DNA from: Nitrospira sp.
GTDB taxonomy: Bacteria; Nitrospirota; Nitrospiria; Nitrospirales; Nitrospiraceae
Assembly: GCA_041742455.1 (NCBI GenBank)
Contig: JBGSIO010000145.1
Span: 9,335-73,334 of the forward strand
Reading direction: 5' to 3'
Length of the DNA: 64,000 bases
The notes below the pieces were generated by a model, which did no database searches, had not been told where the DNA came from, and saw only the letters and a program-made list of their open reading frames with translations. Below, in pieces: positions 10,280 through 20,000 of the stretch. A program made the position numbers and the translations under genes. Positions within the stretch are counted from its first letter, which is position 1; each line of letters begins with the position of its first letter.

Positions 10280-13200
10280 TTACTTCATCGCCGTCGGAAT
10301 AACCTGAAGTTGCTCCTCGGCTTCCGCGTGCTTGGAACCGACTCCACCAGCGCTCAGCGGCTGGAGCCGCTTGTCGCCACTTGGCAGAACTCGCAGATAG
10401 CCCCATTGCCCAGACTGCGAATATGGCAACCGCTGGTTGCTGTATACATAGTCGCCAGACATCCGGTAGGGACCTCCGGCCGAAGGGATAAATACATCGA
10501 GGGTTTCAGATCCGGAGAACTCCACGACACTGATCTGGTCCGCGCCTCGCATAAATGGCTCGATCGGCCATTCATGTTTTTCGACGCCGAACATGCCGTT
10601 CTGTTCATTGTTGACGCCGATAACATGGATGCGCACCGGATCGCCGGCATGTGATTCGATGATAGGTGTTGCCGGATCTTCAGGATTGTCCGCCTTGCAA
10701 GGCTGGAACATCTTCCCGAGTGAACAACCCTGCTCTTCCCGGTATAAGTATGGTTCAGACCGGTAGTTGATTCCGGTTAAACCCGCGACATTCTGCACAT
10801 ACGGCATGAAGCTCGTGCCGATGATGTTATCCTCGTCTTGGAAAAACAAGGCTACATCCCGATAGTTCGGACGCATTTCGTTTCCAGGGACAGACCGATC
10901 CACGATTACGTCGGCCGCCCAGGCATTCTTGTTCGACAGATCGACACCGGTCTTAGGATCCCGATACTTCGATCCCTTCGGACCGACAACAATCGCACCG
11001 AACAAGCCGTTCCTTGGATTTGTCATCACATTGCCCCAGTCCCAGACAAGTGAGGTCGTCTCACCGTTGAACGGATCGGCATAGTAGGTGTAGACCCGTT
11101 CACTACCTGGAACGATCGTCTGATCGCCGGGATTATTTCCGACATTGGCTCCCATTGAATCCTTGGGATCGAACGCGAGTCCAATCGCGGAGAATGAAGC
11201 CTTACTGTCCTTCATCTTATTCTTGAGATTAACCTTGACGCAGTCACCAATATTCACCCGAAGCGTCAGTGGCATAGGTCGCGAGTTTCCAGACACCTTC
11301 GCCACCTCGTCCTCCAGCGCATAAATTCTCGCATCTGGATTGGCGACCTGTATCTTCCGCTCAAAATCGACCTCAATGGCTTCCGGAGCCTTCGGATTAA
11401 AGGTCATCGACGGATAGTCCATCGCGACCACATTGAAGCTCTTGACCGGGGCATCGGCTGGGCACACCGGCAAGGCCTTTGGGATCTCCCCTTTATTGGA
11501 GAATCCCGCCGGCAATTTTTTCAGATCGGGTTGTTCCTTGTCATACACCCGGAGAATTCCCCATCCACCTTCCGACAGCTTTGAGGATCGGCCGTTAAAG
11601 TGGATAAAATCTCCCGCTTGATGACGAGGACCACCAGCCTCCGGCACCACCAAGTCATACCGTTCGGCAATGCCGATATGGATGGAGTTCTTCCGGTTGG
11701 CATCAGGCGCATACCGTTCTGTCCAGAATGTATGGCCTGATAAGGTCCACGTCATTGTTTCGTTCATGAGGGTATGCAACAGTCGGAACACCATGGTGTC
11801 GCCCGTGTACGCCCGCAGAAGCGGCGTATAGGGGTCTCCATGGATCTGGCTGTTGAAGATTTGCGAGACATCCGGATTCGTCGCCAAACGCTGGGCGATT
11901 GGTCCCGCCCGGAAGTTCAGGCCACTTCCGGTGGTGTGTGTTCCGCCGTTCAGGAACGGCATCGGAGTCATATAAATCTTTTCCGGCATGGCGAAGGACA
12001 CGGTCTTCCCTGCCTCCAAAGCCACCTCAATGGGCTGACCAGGAGGATTCCCTGCCGTCACAATATTCACGGTATGCGGCACCGTATCATGTACCTGAAC
12101 CATGAGTTCACGGAAGCTGTTATTCACCCCATGCCCCACGGGCTCGTTGGTATGAATATCCGCGATGGGACCGCTGCGGATTTGTTTCCCTGTCGTTGGA
12201 TCGTGGTAGGTCGATCCCACCGGTTCGGCGATAAACGTCCCGAATCCACCGTGTGGCCACGTCGTGGCTCCGAATGCGTGGTCGTGCCAAAACACGGTTC
12301 CCACGTCCGCATCCACCCAGAACCGTTGACGGACAAACTCTACCGTCACGATGTCCTTTGCTGGGTGATCGTTCTTTAACCCCTTGGACAGGGTAATCTG
12401 ATTGCCCTTGATGGCCTTGATACGCGCGATCTCATTGCCCTTTACGTTATCGGCTCCGACCATGATCAAGGTTCCGACGTGATACTGTTTGGCATTCTTC
12501 ACCGAAATCGTATTGGCCCCTTTCTTCACAGCCGAGGTCAACACGGTATTCATCGGGGCAGGAAGCCCCTTGGGATTCTTCTTCTCGAGCATCGTGAACG
12601 GACGGACCGATTGCTCGTACGAGAATCCGGTGATCACACCGTCTGATGCCTGATTGTCGAACTGCAGGAAGTGCCAATGCGTGTTGATCTTCGACGCCTG
12701 GAAATTGGTGTAGTCGTCGTCATCCCACTCACTGGTCAATGTCCAGTCCACACAATCGTAAATATTGCCGCGCACGACCAACGGATACTTGAGATCGTCG
12801 TTGGCGCGAATCGCCGCTTCCTCTTCGTGCAACACGTAGATCAGACCGTTCTGATCGATCACCGCTGGCTCCTTACCTTGAGCCTTGGCAATTTTGATCG
12901 GCACCTTGATGAAATGAACATTGAAGCTCTTCCGTCCAGCATTGGTCGGACAGAGACTCCAATTCCCCTGCTCACCAGGTTTGGCTTGATCGAGGCTCTC
13001 TTCTCCATTGTCGTCACGCCGGATCATCTCCAACCATGGCGCCCCGACGTGATTCGGAGAAAACATCACGCGTTTTCCAAAGTGCGGGGTGAGATGTGGC
13101 CAGGCCACCTTCCCGGTCAGCGGCTCAAACATGATCGGGTGCCGCTTGCCCGGATGGGGCGACACGTACTTAGGATTCTCAATGGTGCTTTCTTTTTCGC

Positions 13201-15109
13201 TCATCGCACGACTGCCTTCCCACGTCCAATCCAACACCGTGGCATCATACGAGACGATCTGGCCCTTCTCATCATCCTTATGGCCAGGCTTCCCAGCTGG
13301 CGGCAACTGCATCGCGACCCAATCCTTGACTGTGATGGTGGCCGGATTTCCCTTCCAGTTGCTCTTCCCCTTCTCGATGATCTTGAATTGGGTCCCGAAC
13401 CAGTCAACGGTCTGCCCGACCAACTTATCGGACGAAATCGGTTCTTTTATACGACCTTTCCGATCAGGCAACTCACGCAGATCCGGCATCACATCATTCC
13501 GCAGGTCACCCTGCTGGATCGTATTGTACACGCGCCAGTAGCCCCACATGCCGGACACATAGTGATGCGCCACATGGCAATGGAACAGAAAATCGCCGGC
13601 CAGCTGTTGGCAAAGACCGGAGCCGCACTCCGTTTCCAGATCCAAGGCTTCCGATGGGCCGATGACTTCTACGTCGACACGATCCGTCTTGTGACGAATA
13701 ACAGGATACTTGACTGGACCATTCATCGCCGTGGCCCAAAGGTTCATATCATCAATGGCCCTCGGACTCCTCGGCCATCGGATGGATCCACCATGCGGAT
13801 GATGGCTATGGAACACTTCTGACCCGCCATGAACAAGGCGAAACTTCGCTGGGTCTCCGATGTAGGATCGAGGAATTGTGGGAGAGGCATCGCCGAAGGT
13901 ATAGGAGCTATACCCCATCGACTCATCCTCAAAACCAAAATATTCATGCTGCAAATGCATATTATTGATGCCGAACGGCTCACTGCGATAATTGATCGCG
14001 CGGCCACCAGGACGATAGGTATCGGTCAACGGATCACGTTGAGGCAAGAAATCGCCCTTCTTGTTGAGCGGGCGGAAGGCTTCGTCGCCGACTTCATGGT
14101 AATACAAGACGAACTCCCGGAAGTCCGGACCGGTCCCATTCTTGATCATGACTTGCCAGCCACTCGTGGCCGGAGTCGCATCTCCCGTTCCGAGCGGCTC
14201 CCAGTATGTTGAGCCGCGAGGCTCCACAACGAAAGACCCGAACATTCCCATGACGGTCAGTTCGCGATCGTTGCTATAGGTGTGGAACTGGCGAACTCCC
14301 TCCTGCGTGTTGGGATGGATATACCATTCCAAGTCCACGGACTTGTCTTTGCTGGCGATGGCATCAGAATTCGTCGTGATTGCCGCAGCGCCTGTCTTAC
14401 TCACAACCGTCGACGAGCCATGAATGTGAAGGCTGACGTCCTCGCCGCCTTCCAATTTGTTGCTCAGCTTGATCTTGACACAGTCTCCCTGATTCGCACG
14501 AAGCGTCAGTGGCTGAATCCACTGCGCTTGTACGCCCGGGATCACGGCCCCAGGATCGAACCCGTCCTTATCGCGTGCTTCACGATTCGTCGTTTCTTCG
14601 GCTCTGACCTTGTCGATATCCTCATCCAGCACATACATGTATCCCGGATAAAAATCGAGCCACTGGTTGAGCGTGATCTCGACATTGATCGCAGAGACAT
14701 TGTACTGCTTCACCGGCGCAGTTGCGGGACACTTGCCTCCTCCGGTCGCAGCCACCGGTTCGACCCGAGGATCGGACATGAGCAACATATCCTGCCCGCC
14801 GGCTCCGTACTGGTGCATCATGGTCGACGTGTTGTACATGCCTGTGTTGACCGCCTGGACCTGCGGATCCTTGGACATATGGTCCATGATGCGCTGGTGT
14901 TGCTGCTCGACCATCGCGGACCGTTCGCCTCTTCCTGACATGGCGTCCTCGACGATCGTCTGCCCTTTGAGCTGTTCCGCCCAAGCCGGCAGCTGATGGT
15001 TCATCGCAACATGAGAGGGACTCTCGGCGGTCACCAGTGCCGGCATAGCCAACAACGCCATGCCCGCAAGCCCTCTTAGGACTCTGGTTGATGGTGAATG
15101 GAAATACAT
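10280..15109 (-). CDS. Large (1,609 aa) exported multicopper oxidase, MnxG-like motif order
   Basis: HSHHPHG, HCHVAHHYVSGM (T1 C/H/M), THWHF and FWHDH, plus LHIHG in domain 1; signal peptide. Confidence 0.9.
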   Translation of the reverse strand: MYFHSPSTRVLRGLAGMALLAMPALVTAESPSHVAMNHQLPAWAEQLKGQTIVEDAMSGRGERSAMVEQQHQRIMDHMSKDPQVQAVNTGMYNTSTMMHQYGAGGQDMLLMSDPRVEPVAATGGGKCPATAPVKQYNVSAINVEITLNQWLDFYPGYMYVLDEDIDKVRAEETTNREARDKDGFDPGAVIPGVQAQWIQPLTLRANQGDCVKIKLSNKLEGGEDVSLHIHGSSTVVSKTGAAAITTNSDAIASKDKSVDLEWYIHPNTQEGVRQFHTYSNDRELTVMGMFGSFVVEPRGSTYWEPLGTGDATPATSGWQVMIKNGTGPDFREFVLYYHEVGDEAFRPLNKKGDFLPQRDPLTDTYRPGGRAINYRSEPFGINNMHLQHEYFGFEDESMGYSSYTFGDASPTIPRSYIGDPAKFRLVHGGSEVFHSHHPHGGSIRWPRSPRAIDDMNLWATAMNGPVKYPVIRHKTDRVDVEVIGPSEALDLETECGSGLCQQLAGDFLFHCHVAHHYVSGMWGYWRVYNTIQQGDLRNDVMPDLRELPDRKGRIKEPISSDKLVGQTVDWFGTQFKIIEKGKSNWKGNPATITVKDWVAMQLPPAGKPGHKDDEKGQIVSYDATVLDWTWEGSRAMSEKESTIENPKYVSPHPGKRHPIMFEPLTGKVAWPHLTPHFGKRVMFSPNHVGAPWLEMIRRDDNGEESLDQAKPGEQGNWSLCPTNAGRKSFNVHFIKVPIKIAKAQGKEPAVIDQNGLIYVLHEEEAAIRANDDLKYPLVVRGNIYDCVDWTLTSEWDDDDYTNFQASKINTHWHFLQFDNQASDGVITGFSYEQSVRPFTMLEKKNPKGLPAPMNTVLTSAVKKGANTISVKNAKQYHVGTLIMVGADNVKGNEIARIKAIKGNQITLSKGLKNDHPAKDIVTVEFVRQRFWVDADVGTVFWHDHAFGATTWPHGGFGTFIAEPVGSTYHDPTTGKQIRSGPIADIHTNEPVGHGVNNSFRELMVQVHDTVPHTVNIVTAGNPPGQPIEVALEAGKTVSFAMPEKIYMTPMPFLNGGTHTTGSGLNFRAGPIAQRLATNPDVSQIFNSQIHGDPYTPLLRAYTGDTMVFRLLHTLMNETMTWTLSGHTFWTERYAPDANRKNSIHIGIAERYDLVVPEAGGPRHQAGDFIHFNGRSSKLSEGGWGILRVYDKEQPDLKKLPAGFSNKGEIPKALPVCPADAPVKSFNVVAMDYPSMTFNPKAPEAIEVDFERKIQVANPDARIYALEDEVAKVSGNSRPMPLTLRVNIGDCVKVNLKNKMKDSKASFSAIGLAFDPKDSMGANVGNNPGDQTIVPGSERVYTYYADPFNGETTSLVWDWGNVMTNPRNGLFGAIVVGPKGSKYRDPKTGVDLSNKNAWAADVIVDRSVPGNEMRPNYRDVALFFQDEDNIIGTSFMPYVQNVAGLTGINYRSEPYLYREEQGCSLGKMFQPCKADNPEDPATPIIESHAGDPVRIHVIGVNNEQNGMFGVEKHEWPIEPFMRGADQISVVEFSGSETLDVFIPSAGGPYRMSGDYVYSNQRLPYSQSGQWGYLRVLPSGDKRLQPLSAGGVGSKHAEAEEQLQVIPTAMK

Positions 15110-15338
15110 GGACCGACCTCCTTAAGAAAATAAGTACGAGATCGACTGAGTCCGCTGCTCAGTCCGTCTCGGATGCTCCGCCCTAATTTGAAGAATAAGA
15201 AGACAAAGCAATATCGATTGCACAGAAAAGCCCTAAAAAAGAGACGTACTCATCTTCAAACGATAAGGACTGCAAGATACTGAACTTCACATTGAGTGTC
15301 AAGGTTCTGCAGGTGGAGATCGCTCTCTAGACGGGCAA

Positions 15339-16016
15339 TTAATGTGCTACGGGCGACTTCCGATTGGCCGTGTTCTGGAGATCCATCTCCAACACCATTG
15401 CACTCTCACGGTTCTTGGGGTCCGTCTTGATGGGCATCCGGTCCACCATTAACTTGATCACAGGAAGCGCCACGATAACAGGGGTCTTATCCGAGGCATT
15501 GGAATGGAGCGCAATGCGAATATTTTTAGGTCGATCGCTCGGGGTGACTTCCGCGACAAGCTCCTTCCCCATGAACCCGACGAGCAATCCGCTGCCGTCG
15601 GAGAGCTTATGGATTTCGTAATCATTGTCGGTTGACGCGGTCCGATCCAAGATCAGATCCGGACTTTGTGTCACCAGCGCCAACCCCAGGTGTGTCGGCG
15701 CAATAAAGCCATAGCTGCCCGTCGGTGCGTCCGAGAACCGACCTCTGCCGACCCGCAGCTCGGTGACGCCGTTCTTCGTTCTCATCTGGCGCCGCAGCTC
15801 AACCTCACTGCCGGCGGTTTCAATCACGACAGCTGCGGGCGCAGCCTTTTGTATTGGCAACGTCTCCAGTTTTTCCCCTGAAGCAGTCTCGATACAGTTC
15901 GGGACGCCGCTCAGACTCATGAATATGAGCACCAAGACGACCATGGAGTGCTGACTCGGCCTGATGCAAGCGCTATGGGACGCGATATGGATATGACGCA
16001 TGGTTTCTCCGGGCAA
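15339..16016 (-). CDS. Hypothetical, probably exported protein (start uncertain)
   Basis: 225-aa ORF co-oriented with the cluster; hydrophobic N-terminal segment; no motif recognised. Confidence 0.7.
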   Translation of the reverse strand: MPGETMRHIHIASHSACIRPSQHSMVVLVLIFMSLSGVPNCIETASGEKLETLPIQKAAPAAVVIETAGSEVELRRQMRTKNGVTELRVGRGRFSDAPTGSYGFIAPTHLGLALVTQSPDLILDRTASTDNDYEIHKLSDGSGLLVGFMGKELVAEVTPSDRPKNIRIALHSNASDKTPVIVALPVIKLMVDRMPIKTDPKNRESAMVLEMDLQNTANRKSPVAH

Positions 16017-16078
16017 GCGACGCTACCTATTCTGGATTCTAAAAAAGCCGACAGGGAAAAAGCAAACGCGGTAGGATC

Positions 16079-16972
16079 TCACGGACGCTCGACCCATCGT
16101 GCAACCTCTGAGGTCGCGCATCGAAAGCCAGTCAGATAGCTCTGGCGATCGGGCGGTGCCGCATTGCGGCCCGCGGACCGTGCGACCTCGGGGTCTTCAT
16201 TCCATGAGCCGCCGCGAAAAACCTTGAGCGCGCCAGTCGCTGGCCCTTGCGGATTTAGTTCGCCACTATGCCGATAGTATTCAGGCTCGAACCAGTCCGA
16301 CACCCATTCACTCACGTTTCCTGCCATCTGATACACACCGTACGGACTGACACCCTTGTCGTAACGATTGATGTTGGCCAGCGGGGGATACTTGAACCCC
16401 CGTTTCGAGCCTGAGTGTGCGATGTTGCTCTTGATCCAACCGGCTGGTTCGTCGCCCCACGGAAAGATCCGCCCATCCATTCCACGCGCGGCTTTCTCCC
16501 ACTCCGCTTCCGTCGGCAAGCGCTTGCCCGCCCACCGACAGTACGCATCGGCTTCATACCAGCTGACGTTTATTACCGGATGCAGGGCACTTTTTTCTGG
16601 AAATGGACGGTCTCGCCAAAATTTCGGCCACTCCATACCCATCCCGAGCACGAAGCGCAAATACTCGACGTTCGAGACCTCGTACCGGTCGATCCGAAAC
16701 CTATCAAGATAGACGCGACGTTGCGGCAGCTCCTGTGGACCGGCAGCACGATCCTTGTGCGGATCGCTTCCCATGAGAAATTCTCCGGCAGGGACTACTA
16801 CCATCCCGCTGGGCACCTCCAGCACCGCCAGGCGTTCCGGTTCGTCGAGCGGAGTCCAGAGTGGAGGCTGCATTGAGGACTCGTGATCCGCCAAACTGGG
16901 ACCGACACAGAACAGCGCCATCGCGCACATCTGAACGAGCGCCAAGACTGCGCGCGTGATCCATCCACTCAT
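16079..16972 (-). CDS. Exported FGE-sulfatase-fold protein 4
   Basis: Signal peptide; RLPTEAEWEKAARG, MAGNVSEW, GFRCA. Confidence 0.9.
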   Translation of the reverse strand: MSGWITRAVLALVQMCAMALFCVGPSLADHESSMQPPLWTPLDEPERLAVLEVPSGMVVVPAGEFLMGSDPHKDRAAGPQELPQRRVYLDRFRIDRYEVSNVEYLRFVLGMGMEWPKFWRDRPFPEKSALHPVINVSWYEADAYCRWAGKRLPTEAEWEKAARGMDGRIFPWGDEPAGWIKSNIAHSGSKRGFKYPPLANINRYDKGVSPYGVYQMAGNVSEWVSDWFEPEYYRHSGELNPQGPATGALKVFRGGSWNEDPEVARSAGRNAAPPDRQSYLTGFRCATSEVARWVERP

Positions 16973-17029
16973 GACAGAATCATCTCAGCCATACCAATCA
17001 ACCAGACACTGAGTTACTGAATCACATAA

Positions 17030-17064
17030 CAAAAGGGGGAGCCGTTCTCACCTACGACTCCCCC
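17030..17064 (-). terminator. Rho-independent terminator after multicopper oxidase 2, homologous to the one after oxidase 1
   Basis: Stem GGGGGAGCCGT/ACGACTCCCCC with a minus-strand U-tract. Confidence 0.75.
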
Positions 17065-17093
17065 TCCTGTTTTTGAGGCCCTGTCCGATCGGT

Positions 17094-20000
17094 CTATTTC
17101 ATGGCCGTCGGCATAACCTGAGGCTGCGGTGTCTCATCCGCCCGCTTAGCCCCCACACCACCCGCACCGAGCGGTTGGATCCGCGTATCACCGACAGGCA
17201 ACACACGGAGGTAGCCCCATTGTCCTGATTGCGTGTAGGGCAGTCGTTGATTCGACCAGACGAAGTCTCCAACTTGACGATACGGGCCGCCCGCACCGCC
17301 ACGTAGGAACACATCCAGTATTTCAGAGCCGGCATACTCGACCACACTGATCATGTCGGCTCCTGGCATATAGGGCTCGATCGGCCACTCGTGACCTTCG
17401 ATCCCAAACATGCCGTTCTGCTCACTGTTGGCGCCGATCAAGTGAATCCGAATCGGATCACCGGCATGGGCCTCGATCAACGGCGTCACCGGATCTTCGG
17501 GCTTCTCCACGACGCAGGGCTGGAAGATCTTGCTCAAAGAGCAACCTTGATTCTCGCGGAACAGATACGGCTCGGCCCGATAATTGACCGAGGTCAGGCC
17601 CGCGACATTTTGTACGTACGGCATGAATGAGGTCCCAATGATGTTGTCCTCATCCTGGAAGAAGAGGGCCACATCACGGTAGTTCCGCTTTCCAACGTTC
17701 TCAGGAAGGCTGGCATCAACGATCACGTCAGCCCTCCAGGCGTTCTTCTGAGAAATATCGGCTCCGCTCACAGGATCCCGGTACTGAGACCCTCGTGGAC
17801 CGACGATGACCGCGCCGTACAATCCATTGCGTGGATTGACGACGATGTTCCCTCCATCCCACACCAGTGATGTCGTCTCCTTATTGGCCGGATGCGCGTA
17901 ATAGGTGTAGGCGCGCGCTTCGCCTGGGGCCACGGTCTGATCACCACCGTTGTTGCCGACATTAAGCCCCTGGCTATCCTTCGGATCGAAGGCCAAGCCT
18001 GGCGCAAAGAACGACGCTCGGCTCGCCTTCATTTTGTTCTTGAGATTGACCTTGATACAGTCGCCAAGGTTGACCCGCAACGTCAGTGGGTGCGGGGTCT
18101 TGCCGCCGGAAACCGTCATCGCCTCTTCCTCGAGCGCGAAGATCTTGCCCTCCGGTATGGTCAGTTCGATCTTCCGCTCGAAATCCACCTCGATGACGTC
18201 CGGCGATTTCGGATTGAGCTTCATGGGCCGATCGACCGCCACGACGTTAAAGCTCTTCACCGGTGCATCCGCCGGGCAGACGGAACCAGGAGTGGCCGGA
18301 ATACTGAGGGGATTTGTGCCCTTCGGTAACGGCTTCAGATCGGGCACCTCCTTATCGAGCACCCGCACGATCCCCCAGCCACCTTCGGCAAAATGCGAGG
18401 TACGCCCGTTGAAGTGGATATAGTCGCCCGGCATTCCCTGAAATCCGCCGGCCTTGGTCACAAGATCGTATCGTTCAGCAATCCCGACGTGAATCGAGTT
18501 CTTCCGGTTGGCATCTGCCGCATACCGTTCGGTAAGGAACGTATGCCCAGAGATCGTCCAGACGTGGGATTCATTCATCAGCTGATGCAGCAAACGGAAC
18601 ACCATCGTATCGCCTGTATAGGCCCTCAGCAGAGGGGTATCCGGATCCCCATGAATCGCGCTGCTGAATAGTTTCGAGGTATCCGGATTATTCGCCAACC
18701 GTTGGGCAAACGGTTCCGCGCGGAAATTGAATCCACTGCCGGTCGTATGTGTGCCCCCATTGAGATATTTGTTCGGGGCGTTCAGGATCTTTTCCGGCAT
18801 CTGGAACGACACGGTTTTGCCTGCTTCCAGCGCAACTTCTACCGGTTGTCCAGGTGGATTTCCCGCCTCAATCACGTTGACCGTGTGCGGCACCGTGTCG
18901 TGGATCGAGACCATCAACTCGCGGAAGCTGCCGCTCACACCGGCTCCGATCGGTTCGCTGCTGTGAATGTCCGCGATCGGACCGCTGTAGACCAACTTGC
19001 CGTTCTTCGGATCGTGATAGGTCGATCCGTACGGTTCCACGATCGTGACACCGAATCCTCCGTGTGGCCAGGTGGTAGCGCCGAACGCATGGTCATGCCA
19101 GAACACAGTCCCCATATCGACATCGACCCACCACCGATACCGGACGAACTCCGGCGAGACCAAGTCATTGGCCGGATGATGGTGCTTGAGTGGTTTGAAG
19201 AATATAATCTGATCGCCCTTGATCTCTTTAATGCGGGCGACTTCTTGACAGCTCTTGTCTCGCGGGAGAGAGGCCGTCGGATCGTTGCCTTTCTCCAAAC
19301 AATCCATACCCACCATGACCTCAGTGTTCACATGAAACTTGGTGGCACCGGGAGCCATCTGGATTTTGACCGAAGTGGCACCGGCCTTTACGGGGCTCGC
19401 TAACTTTCCCACCATCGGCGCAGGCAAGCCATGCTTGGTCTTCTTGCCCCACATGGTGAAGGGTCGAACAGACATTTCGTATTCGAACCCGGAGATAACA
19501 CCGTCCGAGTTTCCGGTATCGAACTGGAAAAAATGGGGATGGATGTTGATCTTCGACGACTGGAAATTTGTGTAATCGTCGTCATCCCACTCGCTCGTCA
19601 GAATGACATCGACACAGTCATACACGTTGGCACGAATAACCGCCGGTACTTTGAGGTCATCATCTCCTCTCGTCAACCGTTCTTCCTCGTGCAACACGTA
19701 GATCAACCCGTCCTTGTCGACGATAGGCGGTTCATTGCCTTGCTTCTTTGCCAGCGTAATCGGCAAGCGGATGAAGTGAATGTTGTAATGTTTGCGGTTC
19801 GCATTCTCCGGACAGAGACTCCACCGTCCCTGCTCGCCGGGCATGGCCGGCTCTGACGTTCTCTCACCCTTGGCGTCCTGGTGAATCGGCTCTAGCCACG
19901 GTGCTCCGTTGTGATTGGCTGAGAACGGAACACGTTTCCCAAAATGTGGCTTGAACAGCGGCCATGCCATTTTCCCCGTCGTCGGGTCGAATAGAATCGC

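Noticed and set aside
2634-16972. Diversity-generating retroelement targeting the FGE/C-type-lectin-fold genes
   Set aside because: No reverse transcriptase and no near-identical template repeat differing at adenines; the four genes are old, diverged paralogs.
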